This document shows, piece by piece, positions 50,925 to 63,430 of a DNA stretch of 64,000 nucleotides (position 1 is the stretch's first letter; every line of letters starts with the position of its first letter). This stretch comes from Balanoglossus misakiensis. Lineage: Eukaryota; Animalia; Hemichordata. Location: contig CM082576.2 in assembly GCA_040954595.2 (NCBI GenBank), forward strand, positions 12,093,129-12,157,128, read 5' to 3'. Under the pieces are notes generated by a model that was given only the letters and a program-made list of their open reading frames with translations, had not been told where the DNA came from and did not search any database. A program made the translations under genes and the position numbers.

Positions 50925-53380
50925 GTTGTGTCCGGCCTATATAGAGAAAGCGCGGAGGTTCGATGGTGTGGTACAGAGAGCAGCTCGGCTGCGGGGTTTT
51001 CTTCCGCGGACGACTTGGTGGAAATGTGCAGCGCGCGTTCAGTTCTGTCCCCAGACTCTCTCTGTTGTTGCTGTTTGTTTTGTGTCCATCTGAGAAATGA
51101 TGTCATCATCACAACGTCTTCTTCATGCTTGTGCGGTTATCAAGCTCTGTGATTTGTGCAGTGGTCCGGCTCACGTCCTCACAATAGCCACTTTGTACGG
51201 TAAAATTACACACTGCAGTTCCACTTACACGCCACTTGGCGAGCCCACTTGTCCAATCCGCGACCAGCATCAAAAGCTATGTTTAGGACAATGTCTGAAA
51301 ATATTCTTTAAAATACCTCGACAATAACAGGGAGCCTTCAAAGGGCACTGCGGGTCTCGGGTGAAAGGTCAGGTTGGCTCAATTTGCATTGCAAAAAACT
51401 CTATAGTTAACACGTTTCTTGGCAATGTGTCGCTCGATCCAACAGGTGTTTTCCTTCAGATTCCAACGGGGATGTGAAGAGGCTGTTGGTAAAAGTAGCC
51501 GATTCCACTTGACGCGAATCGATGACAATTAAAATCTAATAGTGCCCCATTCAAAGCAAGACAACAGCAGAAATAATTTCTTCAACGGTGTGCATTCCGC
51601 ACACGAGTCCTTGTCGTGCACAACTGCCGAGCATTGCCCGCTTTTGTGGCTGTTTGGACCGTGACAAAACTAACGGGCTCGCCCGAGGGTCCCCTGCGTC
51701 CGGTCGTAAGTGCCAGCCATTGCGAAGATGCTATGAACACTTCATGGCCGGCTGCAAAAAGAAATTAATGTGGACATTATATTTTATTGCGAAGTAGATA
51801 TCATGTAAGCGTTTTCCAGGGTTTCATAAGTTTGTGACCTTCTTTTTTAAAGTCTTTTATAGACATACCTTTTAGACTACAACAATATACAGCCTTTATA
51901 CTATAAAGCTTTCGTGTCTTCGTTTTCGCACGGCAGCATGTTACTGTCATTATAACTTCAACATGCAGATGACAGCGTTTGGCTGCGATGCACAAAATAG
52001 AGAAATGCGCAATGCGTAATAAGTCGGTATAATTCTGTTATGTGGTTTACGGATAAGGGGGACGTCCTTTCGACACGGGGTCGACCATCAACGAACATCG
52101 CATGCGCCGAGCGCCCGTTACGTAGCTAGTTAAAATTCGAAGGACGTCAGCCTATAGTTACGGTCTCTCTGCAGTTCAACGCACTTAAACCCTTTAACTT
52201 GAAAGTGCCTCCATTCTCTTCTCACAAACACTTCCCAACGCGCACACTCTTCGAGGGTAATTCACCAGATAGCATTCGATACCTTTGCCTTTGTGACGAT
52301 CTACGCCCTCATCGAGTTTAGTCATCAGCGAAGCGAAACCAAGATCTAGGACGAAATATCTGGTATGGCGACAACAATACAGACGACAGAAACTTCGTAT
52401 CAAGAACACACATGTTTGACGACTTCAATAAAAGTAGACATACAATAGGATCGACCTTGCTATCCTAATGGACTGACAAAGAGACATTTATGGATTAACG
52501 AGAAGAAAAAAAAATTCAAAAACAAAGGATTTTATGTTTATAATTTTCATGTGGTGAAGCAATTGCCTTCCGCACCGATTCGTTTCAATACGTCACGGGA
52601 ACCGGTAATGACAGTCACTGGGCTAAAGGGGGGTGTTTTTCTTTTTTCTCATAGTGAGCCAATCGGTAGCACGAACAAAATCTCGAATACACATTTGTTC
52701 ATCTTCGTCGTTACTTTATTGATGTCGCATATTTGCTTCCTTGCATTTCTTCGTTTTTGACATCATTACACAATTTGCCAAAAAAAGTATCATGATGGGA
52801 CGGATTATATAAAAATTTAAAAAGTAACTTTTGAAGCACCATTTTCCAAAGTACCACCTTTATCGCATCTTGACAATGTTTTAAGAATTGTGTCATGTCT
52901 AAAGATACATGAAGGTGGTTGATCAATCCATCAAAACATCTGTTTTCTGTAATTCGTCTTCTTGTCATATCCGACCGCCTTCTTACCTCATCTGCAAACT
53001 CCCTGGTGGTACTCAGTGATATAGGTTTTGTGAGTTTGACCAACGCGTATAGAAAGAACAGCGCCCTCGGCAGTGCCATTCTTTCAATCGCAATTCGAAG
53101 GGAGCGGATGGATCTATAGGAACGGTCGCCGCCAGCGAATAAAATAATAGCGTGCTGTTGTTTTATTTTCCGTGTGCAAAGCAGCAAATTCCAGCTAACC
53201 TGTTCAGTTTAGAACAACTATACAAAGACATCAACATGACAATATCGACTTAATTTGTCATTTCTGGAGAAATTCCTGACACATTTATGAAACGTTGCGC
53301 TGTCGAGATTGACTTCATCGTCATTAATGACGTATACATTTATCACACTTCAAGAGGCAAGGCTTGCGCAAGTGCGCTAT

Positions 53381-53394
53381 GTAGCCATGGAAAC
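53381..53394. promoter_or_regulatory. RFX X-box GTAGCCATGGAAAC upstream of cluster gene 6
   Basis: Full consensus match. Confidence 0.5.
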
Positions 53395-54197
53395 AACACA
53401 TTTTGTCGTTTAAATATTATGTGTTTCATTAATTAACAGGCAATGTAGTTTTTGTTTCAGGCAAAACGTATAATATGACCCAAGAATGCGGTTAGTTCTG
53501 CTTTCGATGTTGAAACACAACAGTCGGCGCTTTTGTTCAACAATCAACGCGAGATCGTTAACTCATTCTGAGAACTTAAAAGAATTTCGATTGAAATTAC
53601 TCTTGACTGCTCAGAGAATTAGACGTGGTGCGCTTGATTAGCCAAACCAAACAGCACCGGTGCAAATGGAACCAGATCGACTTACGCTATATATTGATTG
53701 AGTGGTTAGCTGCAATACGGCGAATAGGAAAAACACACCGCAACATGGCGGCCGCGAAATTGACATAATCAGGGTACAGATGTGGAACAAATTCGAAATA
53801 CTGTTACGTGTCTTCGTCGAAAGTCGGCGATATTCACCGTCGGTAAAAGGAAAACAAACTCGACCAATTCTACAACAAATTAAGTAAATGATTATTCTTG
53901 TATTCAACATCATGATAGTCACCTGGTTACATGAAACATGACTTTCAAAATCAAAATTCACTCCTCCGCGATGTTGTTACTGCTAGAGGGATACAGATAG
54001 AATAAATATTAATGTTGGACGGAAGTGCCGTGTACACCAGTACAGCACCTTTATATAAATGATGCGTTACACCTGGCTTCGAATCCACGTGAAGAACCAA
54101 AGCGTACACGAGTCTGTCGTTTGCAGAAATGCCTCATAGCACTGACGTTAAATAATTGTATACAACTTCAACGCATTATGGAAACCGGCGATATGAC

Positions 54198-54211
54198 GTT
54201 ACCATGGCGAC
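54198..54211. promoter_or_regulatory. RFX X-box GTTACCATGGCGAC
   Basis: Near-perfect X-box palindrome between genes 7 and 6. Confidence 0.5.
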
Positions 54212-54565
54212 GGGGAATATTACTTACAATATGATTGCCAGTATTTCTTCATAATATTCCTGTGCATCGCAGAAGATGGAACGTGACCAAAGGCTTGCGA
54301 TTTCTTTAAATAGAGCGTTCAGTGATACAAAGTTGGGTAGTGGTTTGATTAGCCTATATATGAGAAATCGATTGGCATATTTTTTATCCGTTGTGATATA
54401 CGTATGACTCACACACAGATTGAGGTAGGCCTAAACCTACACTGGCGGAATGGATTTTATTTTAAAACCTTGGAAACTTATTTAGAGATCCGAAGCTTTA
54501 CATGGTTTTAGTTTAAATAATTGTTACAGTCAATGAAATGATTTTATGGGAATTGCAGTTAGTAT

Positions 54566-56332
54566 CTAGTCTTCTCCGTTTTCTCCTCTTGCAAATTTCG
54601 GCACGTACTTCCTCAAATAACGACATTCTTCAAGACTGTTAGACAGGGCTTCACTTTCTTCATCGTCAACGCTATTGTCGTGTTTCATTTTATTAAAAGC
54701 CATGACGTCAGCCGTTCGCCCCTTCAGAATAAACTGCTCGACCACTTTCCTCAGCTTGGCCACAGGTTTTCTCTCCTCCGCCCTGGATACGGTGTGGTCG
54801 GCAAACCCGAATTTCGACCTGATGGTGGCCCATCCCTTGGGTGGTGGTGGGGGCCCGCCTCGTGATTTTGTCGACGTTGTCGTGGCAACGCTGATCACCG
54901 ACTCGTTCCCGTCGTCGTCGGCGTGATGGTGGTGGTGTCGTGTGCTCGCTTCACGCGGCCTCATCTTCTGGAGGAGTGTGGAAATGTCCTCGAGCGAGGA
55001 CGTGCGTCTGAGTCGGGCCCGCGTCGATTTCAGCCCGGCCGTCGAAGGCCGAGAAGAGACGTCCCTGTCGTTTGGGTGTCTGCTGTCGGCGTGCTGCGCC
55101 GATGTCAAGTTGTCGCTGCTGTGGTATCGTAGCAACGGCGGCTTGGCCCTTGGAGTGTTCGTTCTGGCCGCTTCTTTACCACCACTACCGGTGACGGCTG
55201 GAAATGATTGTCCGTTCCTGTGAGTCCGTCGCGGTGTCGAAGGCGCCGATATGTCCACCGGCTTTCTGGATTTCGTATTTTTCAAATCTGACGGACTATT
55301 CTCCCTGTATTCCAGTGATATAGACTGGGTTTTGTGGCGATTGCTGTCGTACTTGCGCAGGTGCGAGCGAGCCTCCTGCACGGCGCGCGACGCGTTCTTG
55401 TCCATGATTTCCTTGACTTCCCGGTCGAGGTCTGACGGTCGTGGCGAGGCACTCGCTTTCTTATTCGCTCGTCTGCTGAGCAGGAGCGTTGCACTGTCCG
55501 CTGTCATGGCCCTCCGTCGTGGCTGGGGTCTCTCGGCCCACTTGTCGTTGGATTCGACCAACTTTGCACCTGCGCTGAGGGTCGGCGTCAGGGCTCGCCG
55601 GGGTCCGCGCGGGCTGTGCAGGGGAGAGGCGTGCGCGTGCGCGTGCAGCGCTTTCCTTCGCCTGGTCGGCAGCGGGCTCCCGAAAGGAGAGCTCTGTGCC
55701 GAGCTGTTGCCCGAAGAATCCAGCCTCTCCATGAGATGATGACGCGGGGTCAGCGGCTCGGCCGAGTTGATTTTTCCACCCACCTCTGAGTTTACCGGTG
55801 ATTTCAGATTTTTGTCGTAATCGGTCTCCGGGTCGCTTTCCGAGAGCGACATTTTTATCCAGTCGAACGTGTTTTTGAACTGTGGGGAACACGGAGGAGT
55901 GCTCGATGGACTGTGAAGGTATTGTTCTTTGTTGTCCATGTTAAACCGCACGGACGACGACGCCATATGAGCCTGCGTTGACGTGTCCAGTCGGCGCGGC
56001 AGTAGTTTATTCTTGTGCGTCGCCTGCGCGTCGCCGGCGCCGTGGACAACTCGACGGTCCGCGCTCCCGTTTCCCCTCGATTTGAAAGATTGTCCCGGCG
56101 CGGCGGAGTGAAGGTGGCCGAAGAGTCTCTGGGTATCCGTCGGCGACGTGTTGCGCATCGTCTGTATGTCTTGCAGTTTCTTCTTCAGCTCTTTCCTCTC
56201 TTCCTCGTAGTCGTGGATCTTTGTTTCGTATTTCTTGGCGATCTCCGAGGTCTTCCTTTCTAATCTGCTCTCTTCCATTTTATTCAGGTTGGTGGCGTGG
56301 CGCAGGGACGGGTCAATACTAAAAGCCTTCAT
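54566..56332 (-). CDS. Uncharacterised 588-aa CCDC190-like protein: N-terminal coiled coil, disordered core, C-terminal CRYLR motif (cluster gene 7)
   Basis: 1767-nt ORF with an acceptor (tttgtcgttttcaacag) 13 nt before the ATG. Contains LNKMEESRL...ERKELKKKL, DLDREVKEIMD, WATIRSKFG and LEECRYLRKYVPKF. Confidence 0.82.
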   Translation of the reverse strand: MKAFSIDPSLRHATNLNKMEESRLERKTSEIAKKYETKIHDYEEERKELKKKLQDIQTMRNTSPTDTQRLFGHLHSAAPGQSFKSRGNGSADRRVVHGAGDAQATHKNKLLPRRLDTSTQAHMASSSVRFNMDNKEQYLHSPSSTPPCSPQFKNTFDWIKMSLSESDPETDYDKNLKSPVNSEVGGKINSAEPLTPRHHLMERLDSSGNSSAQSSPFGSPLPTRRRKALHAHAHASPLHSPRGPRRALTPTLSAGAKLVESNDKWAERPQPRRRAMTADSATLLLSRRANKKASASPRPSDLDREVKEIMDKNASRAVQEARSHLRKYDSNRHKTQSISLEYRENSPSDLKNTKSRKPVDISAPSTPRRTHRNGQSFPAVTGSGGKEAARTNTPRAKPPLLRYHSSDNLTSAQHADSRHPNDRDVSSRPSTAGLKSTRARLRRTSSLEDISTLLQKMRPREASTRHHHHHADDDGNESVISVATTTSTKSRGGPPPPPKGWATIRSKFGFADHTVSRAEERKPVAKLRKVVEQFILKGRTADVMAFNKMKHDNSVDDEESEALSNSLEECRYLRKYVPKFARGENGED

Positions 56333-59050
56333 TTTTTGGACGTATCTGTTGAAAACGACAAATGCGATATTATCGTGTGAGAGGTCGACATTGGAATTTT
56401 CCCGCGGCAGATCGATCGAAGGAAGCGATAATTAGTTCGCACATCCGCCCCTGAATGAAAGTCAAAGTTACGCGTCAAGTACGTGCATGATTCGTGAAGA
56501 CAGGCACTTAACACCGAACTCAATAGTGAAAACACGTCTGTGTGCACAAAATATCGATTCGCTCGCCTAGACACAAGAGACGCTATAACAACAAACGCCT
56601 TTCTAGAGCAATACGGTGAGTGAAAACCTCTTGTTTTTCAATAAACGCCACAGTGAGCCCCCGAATCACATCAAGAACCTTGGCCAAGCCCTCGTCCATC
56701 TGTCGGTTGGAACATCGACTGATCAACTGACGGTGAAATAAAAGTCTGAACCCAGATAAATATATATGATGAGCGGTCTCTGCGACCACGACAGAAACCA
56801 TTTAGTCGAACACGGCATCTAACAATTAGATGTCGTTAAAACATAGGCTATAATGACGCTAGAAACCCGTCGCTAATTGTTAACAAAGGCACTGTGGATA
56901 CTGACCTCAGCTGGCCGCTGTATGTAAGCACACTCTTTTACCGATGGTGTCTTTAGTGGGTCATTCCAATGCTACGTTTTTCTCCCTTCTGGTGAGCGGC
57001 ATTTGTCGCGTTCCCACTGCAGAATGCCGCAATGACGTCAGAGAAGGCTCGTACAATCAAAGACGGGAATTCAAATTGTGTTGAACTTTCCTCTAATTGC
57101 TGCTCAGCTGACGCTTCAGCCTTTCCCTATCAAGGCGATCTTTTTCCCTCCATTACTCCCCAGATGTACCCCGAGCAACTGCGAGAACGTGCCCGACCGT
57201 CTCCTAGCTTTGCGGTGATAATGGGAAAATAATACACACTGATCTTTAAAGACTGTTTGCACAGTACAGCTCACTGAAGCAGCAGTGTTTGGTCGACCTG
57301 AGCCTGTAGACAAACCGCACACTGCCTTTATACAGGTAAAATCGATGCGAATCCAAGACAAACAGCGCATGTCACATATACCGTGTTCCGAGCTGTGTTG
57401 TGCATTGAACTCAGCTATGTATTGTGTGCCTTATCAACATTGATCTGATTGTTTAAGTTCATCGTGGGAAAACGCAAAATCGAGTAACGGTAGAAATTAT
57501 TTACGTCACGCCAAAAGGTGAACGGCACTGCGTTTAATCTCTGGAAAGCAATTAGTTGAAAGCATTTATAGCCGCAAACCATTACCGATACTCGCTGCCA
57601 TATGAGAACACTATCCGATTCAGAATCCGTGATTCAGATAATTTTTGCACAATAATTCATCGCGCACAGTTATAATATGATCACAAGATTATCCTTTGAC
57701 ACATATATTACCGGAGATACTCAATAAACAGTTGAAGATAACAGTAAGCTCACACACGACATGGATTGTTCGTTTTAAAAACATCAACTTATAACCATCA
57801 ACGGGGGTCCACATATTTACATCACCGTATACTCACCTGAGGGTATTAGGTTGCTCGTGTGGAACACAACATGCGATTGTTCGTAGCTTTGGTCTTATAG
57901 AAGAAGTGCTGTTGTCGCGATGGTTATGCGGTTATGAAATCGACGGTATGCGCTGTTATCGCTCTCCCAGACACACCGAGAGTCGTTGGTTTAATCGAGC
58001 GCGTAAAACAACATGTTGTGTGAGGGGAAATTGAATCGAATTGAATTTCTAGACAACGGAGGCTAATTCAAATTACGTTGTACATGTGCAATGTACGGGG
58101 CAAGAGGGTTTGTCTACATGCAGGTGAATATCTTGGCTTCGGCGTGATGTGTCAATAGATAACACTCAAATGGTACCCGAGAGTGACAAGATGAAACCGC
58201 TAATTATTGACTCTTTGCAGGGTTTATAAGTCGTGTTTGTTTGAGTTTATTATGACGGTGGTTAACCGACTGCCAAGCATATCGAATGTCTCTAAATGGA
58301 TCGACAATTGAAAAACAAGAATCGTGGATTGGCGACCCATGACCCATTTCAGAATGTTTATGGGGTTCGATAAAGAACTGTGTGATTGTACACTTTTCGT
58401 CTTTCCAGCGATTAGGGGATGTAAATCCAGATTTTCTGTTATTTGAGATGAAAATATTGGGGTGTTTGTAGTTGAGCATAGACAAGTGATCTGGTCACTT
58501 AAAAATGATGACGTCTGTACGTTTGGCAAGATTATTACCAGAACCAGAAGGAAGACTTTACTTTTAAGGAAACAAGTCTCAAATGACAGCCCAATTTTAA
58601 ACCCCAGGCAACAGTTTTATCACAAACTGTCTAGATGGTTCTATAAGGTCGGTTGAACAGGACATGATTTACTGCAAAATTTGTTTTTAAAATCTGTTTA
58701 CTTTCTGTCTCTCATTTTAAAGGGCGTCGCACCCTTAATTTGCGAAATTTAACACTTTTAGATAATTAATGTGATTTGTCGCATACTGACACTTGTTAAT
58801 GAAATGGGTAACCTTTGAAAATCCCACTTTAAAAATGTTGTTATGGATTCTTAATTATGCAAATTACCCCCACCGTGGTTTAAAAATGGACGACGAATCG
58901 AGCATGCATGGGCTCAGTAGTAGCGAGAAGTTCGGCTGAGATCGGACGCAGGTTCAAGGAATGACAATGAAAGAAAGCTATAGAAGTCTAATTTGTCTCC
59001 TACGTAAGATTTGTCTGTTACACCATTGCAAGTTATTGTATCCAGTCTTT

Positions 59051-59064
59051 GTTGCCACGGCGAC
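59051..59064. promoter_or_regulatory. RFX X-box-like GTTGCCACGGCGAC upstream of cluster gene 7
   Basis: Near-perfect X-box palindrome. Confidence 0.45.
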
Positions 59065-62000
59065 CATTCATAAAATCGATCCACGCTTGTCAACAGGGGG
59101 TTCAGCTTTCCACTTAACTATCCAATCAAGACTGTTTGGCTGGCTGGAAAAGATACCTTCTATTGTTTGGTCCATTGACGATGTGCTTTGCGAGTCAGCT
59201 TTTGCCATTCCAACGACGATAAAGGTTTACTTGGATCCTGCATGTCAGGATCCAGAAAGTGGCACGCTTGATCTTTGATCAGATCGAAACCACTGCGCTT
59301 GATCGCTCTCAGAATTGTTTTTAACTTTTAAAGAAGACTGTCGCCATTATGGGATTATCTTAATTGTAGCGACAGTTAAAGTTATTTATAGCTATTGTCT
59401 TTTGAGCGGATTACTCTTTGTATAATTGGTGGACACATAAATTGTTAATAGCTATAGTTATTTCATCAATAGCAATGACGCGATGGGTGTCAGTCGCTGA
59501 CATACTATGGTCTGCAAGGCTTGTGCTGTTTGACGTCTGCTCCGATTGGCGACGTCACCGCTTTATGTCTACTGATTATATACACGTAATATTATTGAGT
59601 ATTTCCAATCATTTGTTTCGAATACAAATAAACCTCGGAAGTAAGCGATAGAAACGACGGACAAGGTCATTTCATGCTGATGAAGTTAGGTGCGAGGGTC
59701 TTGCCATTTTGAACTTTTGAATTTTGAACCATTTCAGCATCCGATCGGCTTCTTCACTGTCATTTTTAACAAAACCTGATAATGTACTCCGTATCCGCTT
59801 TGATAAAACAGTGACTTTCGCTCTTTGTTCGCGACGAACTTCTGTCCGTCACAAACAAGTAGTATTTGGGTGACATGGAACTGCAGTGCTACATGCACAA
59901 TGGTACGGACACTCTCCAGTCGTGGTTTGTGCATGCGTTGTTGTTGGAAGTTCCCTGCTGGTCAGTCAGATAGTCAGTAAGTCAGTCAGTCGGCATCCGA
60001 GCGAGCCAGGTACCGCCTTTGTATACTAACTGGTGAAGTTTACTATGCGGTTCAGTTTGATTAGTTCGACACCACATCCTTTCATGTCCAGACACGCACA
60101 AATCCAACAGTAACACAAACCTGCCGCAACACGGGTCATGTGGATTTTCCGCCTCTTGGTATGTCTTCCAGTTGACTTTGAGATAATGGGTGATTGTGTG
60201 AGAATCTGAATGGTACAGAACGCCATCATGCCAGGTGACGCAGTCGCAGGTTTAGCCAAGCCTTGCCTTGCCTTGTATGTTGTGCTTTGCGATGTCAATA
60301 GACTTGGCGGGCTTTGTATTTTGCGATCAATGTACGTACGTGTGTGGCATTACGATTAATTGCGTGACAAAATGTACTCCTCTCTCTTAACCGAAGATTT
60401 CTCGGCGATAAGCAACATTGTTGAGAATATTGGGATGAAAATGAATCGGCTACTCTCAAATGCTATTTTTTCTGCAACTTCTATCGTGGATGGTTTACTC
60501 ACTCCAAAATTCGTCCAACAACACCGCAAATATCATACATTCAACTCTAGCTGTACTACATTCAAACTGTTGTTCGAAATGTCAATTCCAATCACATTAT
60601 TCTGAATATGTTTTTCTTTAATTTAGTTCTGCCAGCGCAATTTCGGGCCTACCAACAATCATCGCTCACGTCTGCCGGCGTGTACGTGCCGCTCTGAGTG
60701 TATGCGCGTCAACGGACGACATCTGAAGTGTACCATTCTTTAATTAATACGTCTGTTTTGTGAAGTCCTATGACGAGTCACACATACATAGTTAGTTTTG
60801 TCAGTGACCGTGAGTGCAGCGTGCAATCCCCAAAGCCACAAAGCACATTCTTCGCGTTTAGTCCGAGTGAAATCAAACGCCGGCTCCACAGTGCGTGACG
60901 ATCGCCGTTTGACGCGCTTTGATAACTTGAAGGAACCAAGAGCAAACGTCAATGCACCGCTTCTGTTACATGTCCCTTGTCAGCTTCATGATCACCGTAC
61001 CGTACACCCTCCCTGCCCGGCCCTCCCACAGTCGGTCTTTGCTCAGGCGTTTGTCAACGTTTTCATCATCATGGTGGTGATATTTGTTGATTCATGAGAC
61101 ATGATTAATGACGAGCCGCAAAATGCTCGACGTCAAACGCGGCAGGGTTCGGCACGAATTGACGTAAATCTGTCGCAAATTATTTCGTTTACTATCGATT
61201 TTCGCTCCGTTTCCCCGTGTGGATAATACCGTCACGTACAGCGATGGGATAAACTGCCCATGCTCAGCTGCTGTACCGGTATGTTTTCTAATGCTTCAAC
61301 CCTGCCAGCCGCAAACACAATTTCAGCCAACGTTAATTACCTCTAGGAGGAACGTCAGGACGAAGGGGGACTGTGATGAAGTTTCCAAGGTTTCAATTGA
61401 ACCGAATTTGATCAAATCAGGGAAACAAACTATAAATTGTAACGGAGACGCTGTGCATTAATCGATGTCTGGAAGGAGAGCTTGATCGATGATTTGGCCA
61501 ATAAAGAACAGCCGATTCAATGAAACGATGTCAATTTGCCTGACATCTATAAACGAGCGAAGAAAGGAGTGTACGCAAACGAGCCGATGTGCACGTAAAT
61601 ATTAGACGAATGTGCCATTTTGCCGAGATATCTCTTCGTTCCATGATTATTTAAATTATTAAAAGAAGACGCGTCACACATCGATCTCTTCGTGCCATAC
61701 AGACCAGTCTCCGGTTTCCGTCTATTGTCAAACAACAAACGTCCACTTATAAGGTCGCCAAAAACATCTAATTAACCGCAACAATTCGATTTTCTCGGTA
61801 GTGTTTATCATTGGTTGCGACACGTACGCCAATCCGAGCGAGGGAGATCAATGTTTGGAATAACCATGGAAACTGTCGGTTCATATTTTATCTCAGATTA
61901 CACTTGACTCGCGAGGAGGAGGATATTATTAATCCCCTAAGTAAGACACCGGAACAAGATTATCACTGGTCGATATCAGACTCAGTACATTGACTGTTTT

Positions 62001-63430
62001 ATTGGAACGAAGAAAAAAATATATACAAAATGACAGTGTTCATTTGAATTTCACGTCGGACCTGTGCATACATAATTTGCGAGCCGGTGCACTCATTTCA
62101 ATGACGATCTACACACAGATCAAACAGAACTAATTAAATTATTCGACCACGTGATCTCTGCCTTGGTGACATTCGCCGTATTTACATATCGTAATTATAT
62201 GGAGGCAAACTGTGTATAAATGACAAATAGGTTGATAGATGAGAAACTCGAGTCAATTTCCATTGTAAACACAATCAAAGGGGTAAATCAATGATGCGGA
62301 AACGCTGAGCTTTTATCGTTCTCATAATTAGCCGTTCCTTGGAGACAAGAGTCAATATTGATTCAATTTTCAGTCTGTGTCACGTGACATACTAGTATCT
62401 AATAGGTTCGTGTAAAAAAGAACGTAAATTGCTAAATATTTCCACTTGAAGGAATCAAAATTTTCAGTGGAAATCAAAGTTTTTTTGTCAGTTGTAAATC
62501 CAAACTATAAACATGGCAGACAGTTGTGATATTCGGCACAAAAGTTGAACTCATACCTTATTGCACTTCAAATAATTCCTCAGAAAATGTTATTCCGTTC
62601 TATCCTGCAAGTGGTGTTGGTGACTAATGAACTACACGTGAAGTGGACAGTCACCAGACGGAGGGTTGACCGGATCTATTTTAACTCACCAGAGAGGGCG
62701 CTCAATATGTGTACTGACCAAATCGAGATGAGTGACTCAGTTCTGCTCTGGAATTTTCGACGTTCACTAGTTAAAAACACAGGTGTCTGTCTAATGGTCT
62801 TATTTACATATTTTTATGTCGAGAAGAGAAGGAACGTGCAAAAAGTGGCCATCTTGATTATTTAAGAAAATACAGGTCACCTTGTCACTGAGACCCACGC
62901 TTGCTAAATTTTGACTTTGGCTTCCTTGGGGGAATTGCAGTCAAGAGCCGTACCTCATTCTGTAAAACACAAAGTACTTTCAACTTCTTGAACCATTACC
63001 GGATAAACAGCCTAATGACGTTCTTTCCAGTTGGTCCAATGCTTCTTTTGCTGATCATGATCCGCCAATGCGTTGAAATGTGAAGGCATCTCTCTGTAGA
63101 AGGGTAAATACCGTTGAAAGCGAGTCAGAGGTAGATTTTCATTCCCCAAAGCACGACATGATCAGCGTAATTTTAACAATATTTCCTAAGAGACTTCCGC
63201 TGATACGTCAGTCAGTGACGTCATATTATCCAGCCGCCGAAACCGGCAACACGTGGTACTCGTGATTCATTCACTGAAACCCAGAATCCGAAGTGATCCA
63301 AGTAAATGTACGTATTGATAACGGTGAATCTCGCCGATCTCGCATCGGGGACATTTTTTACAGATTGTTTAAGTGACGGCACAAACTTTACGCGCGATAC
63401 TTTATCATAGATTGCAGTGGGATTCCGTTG

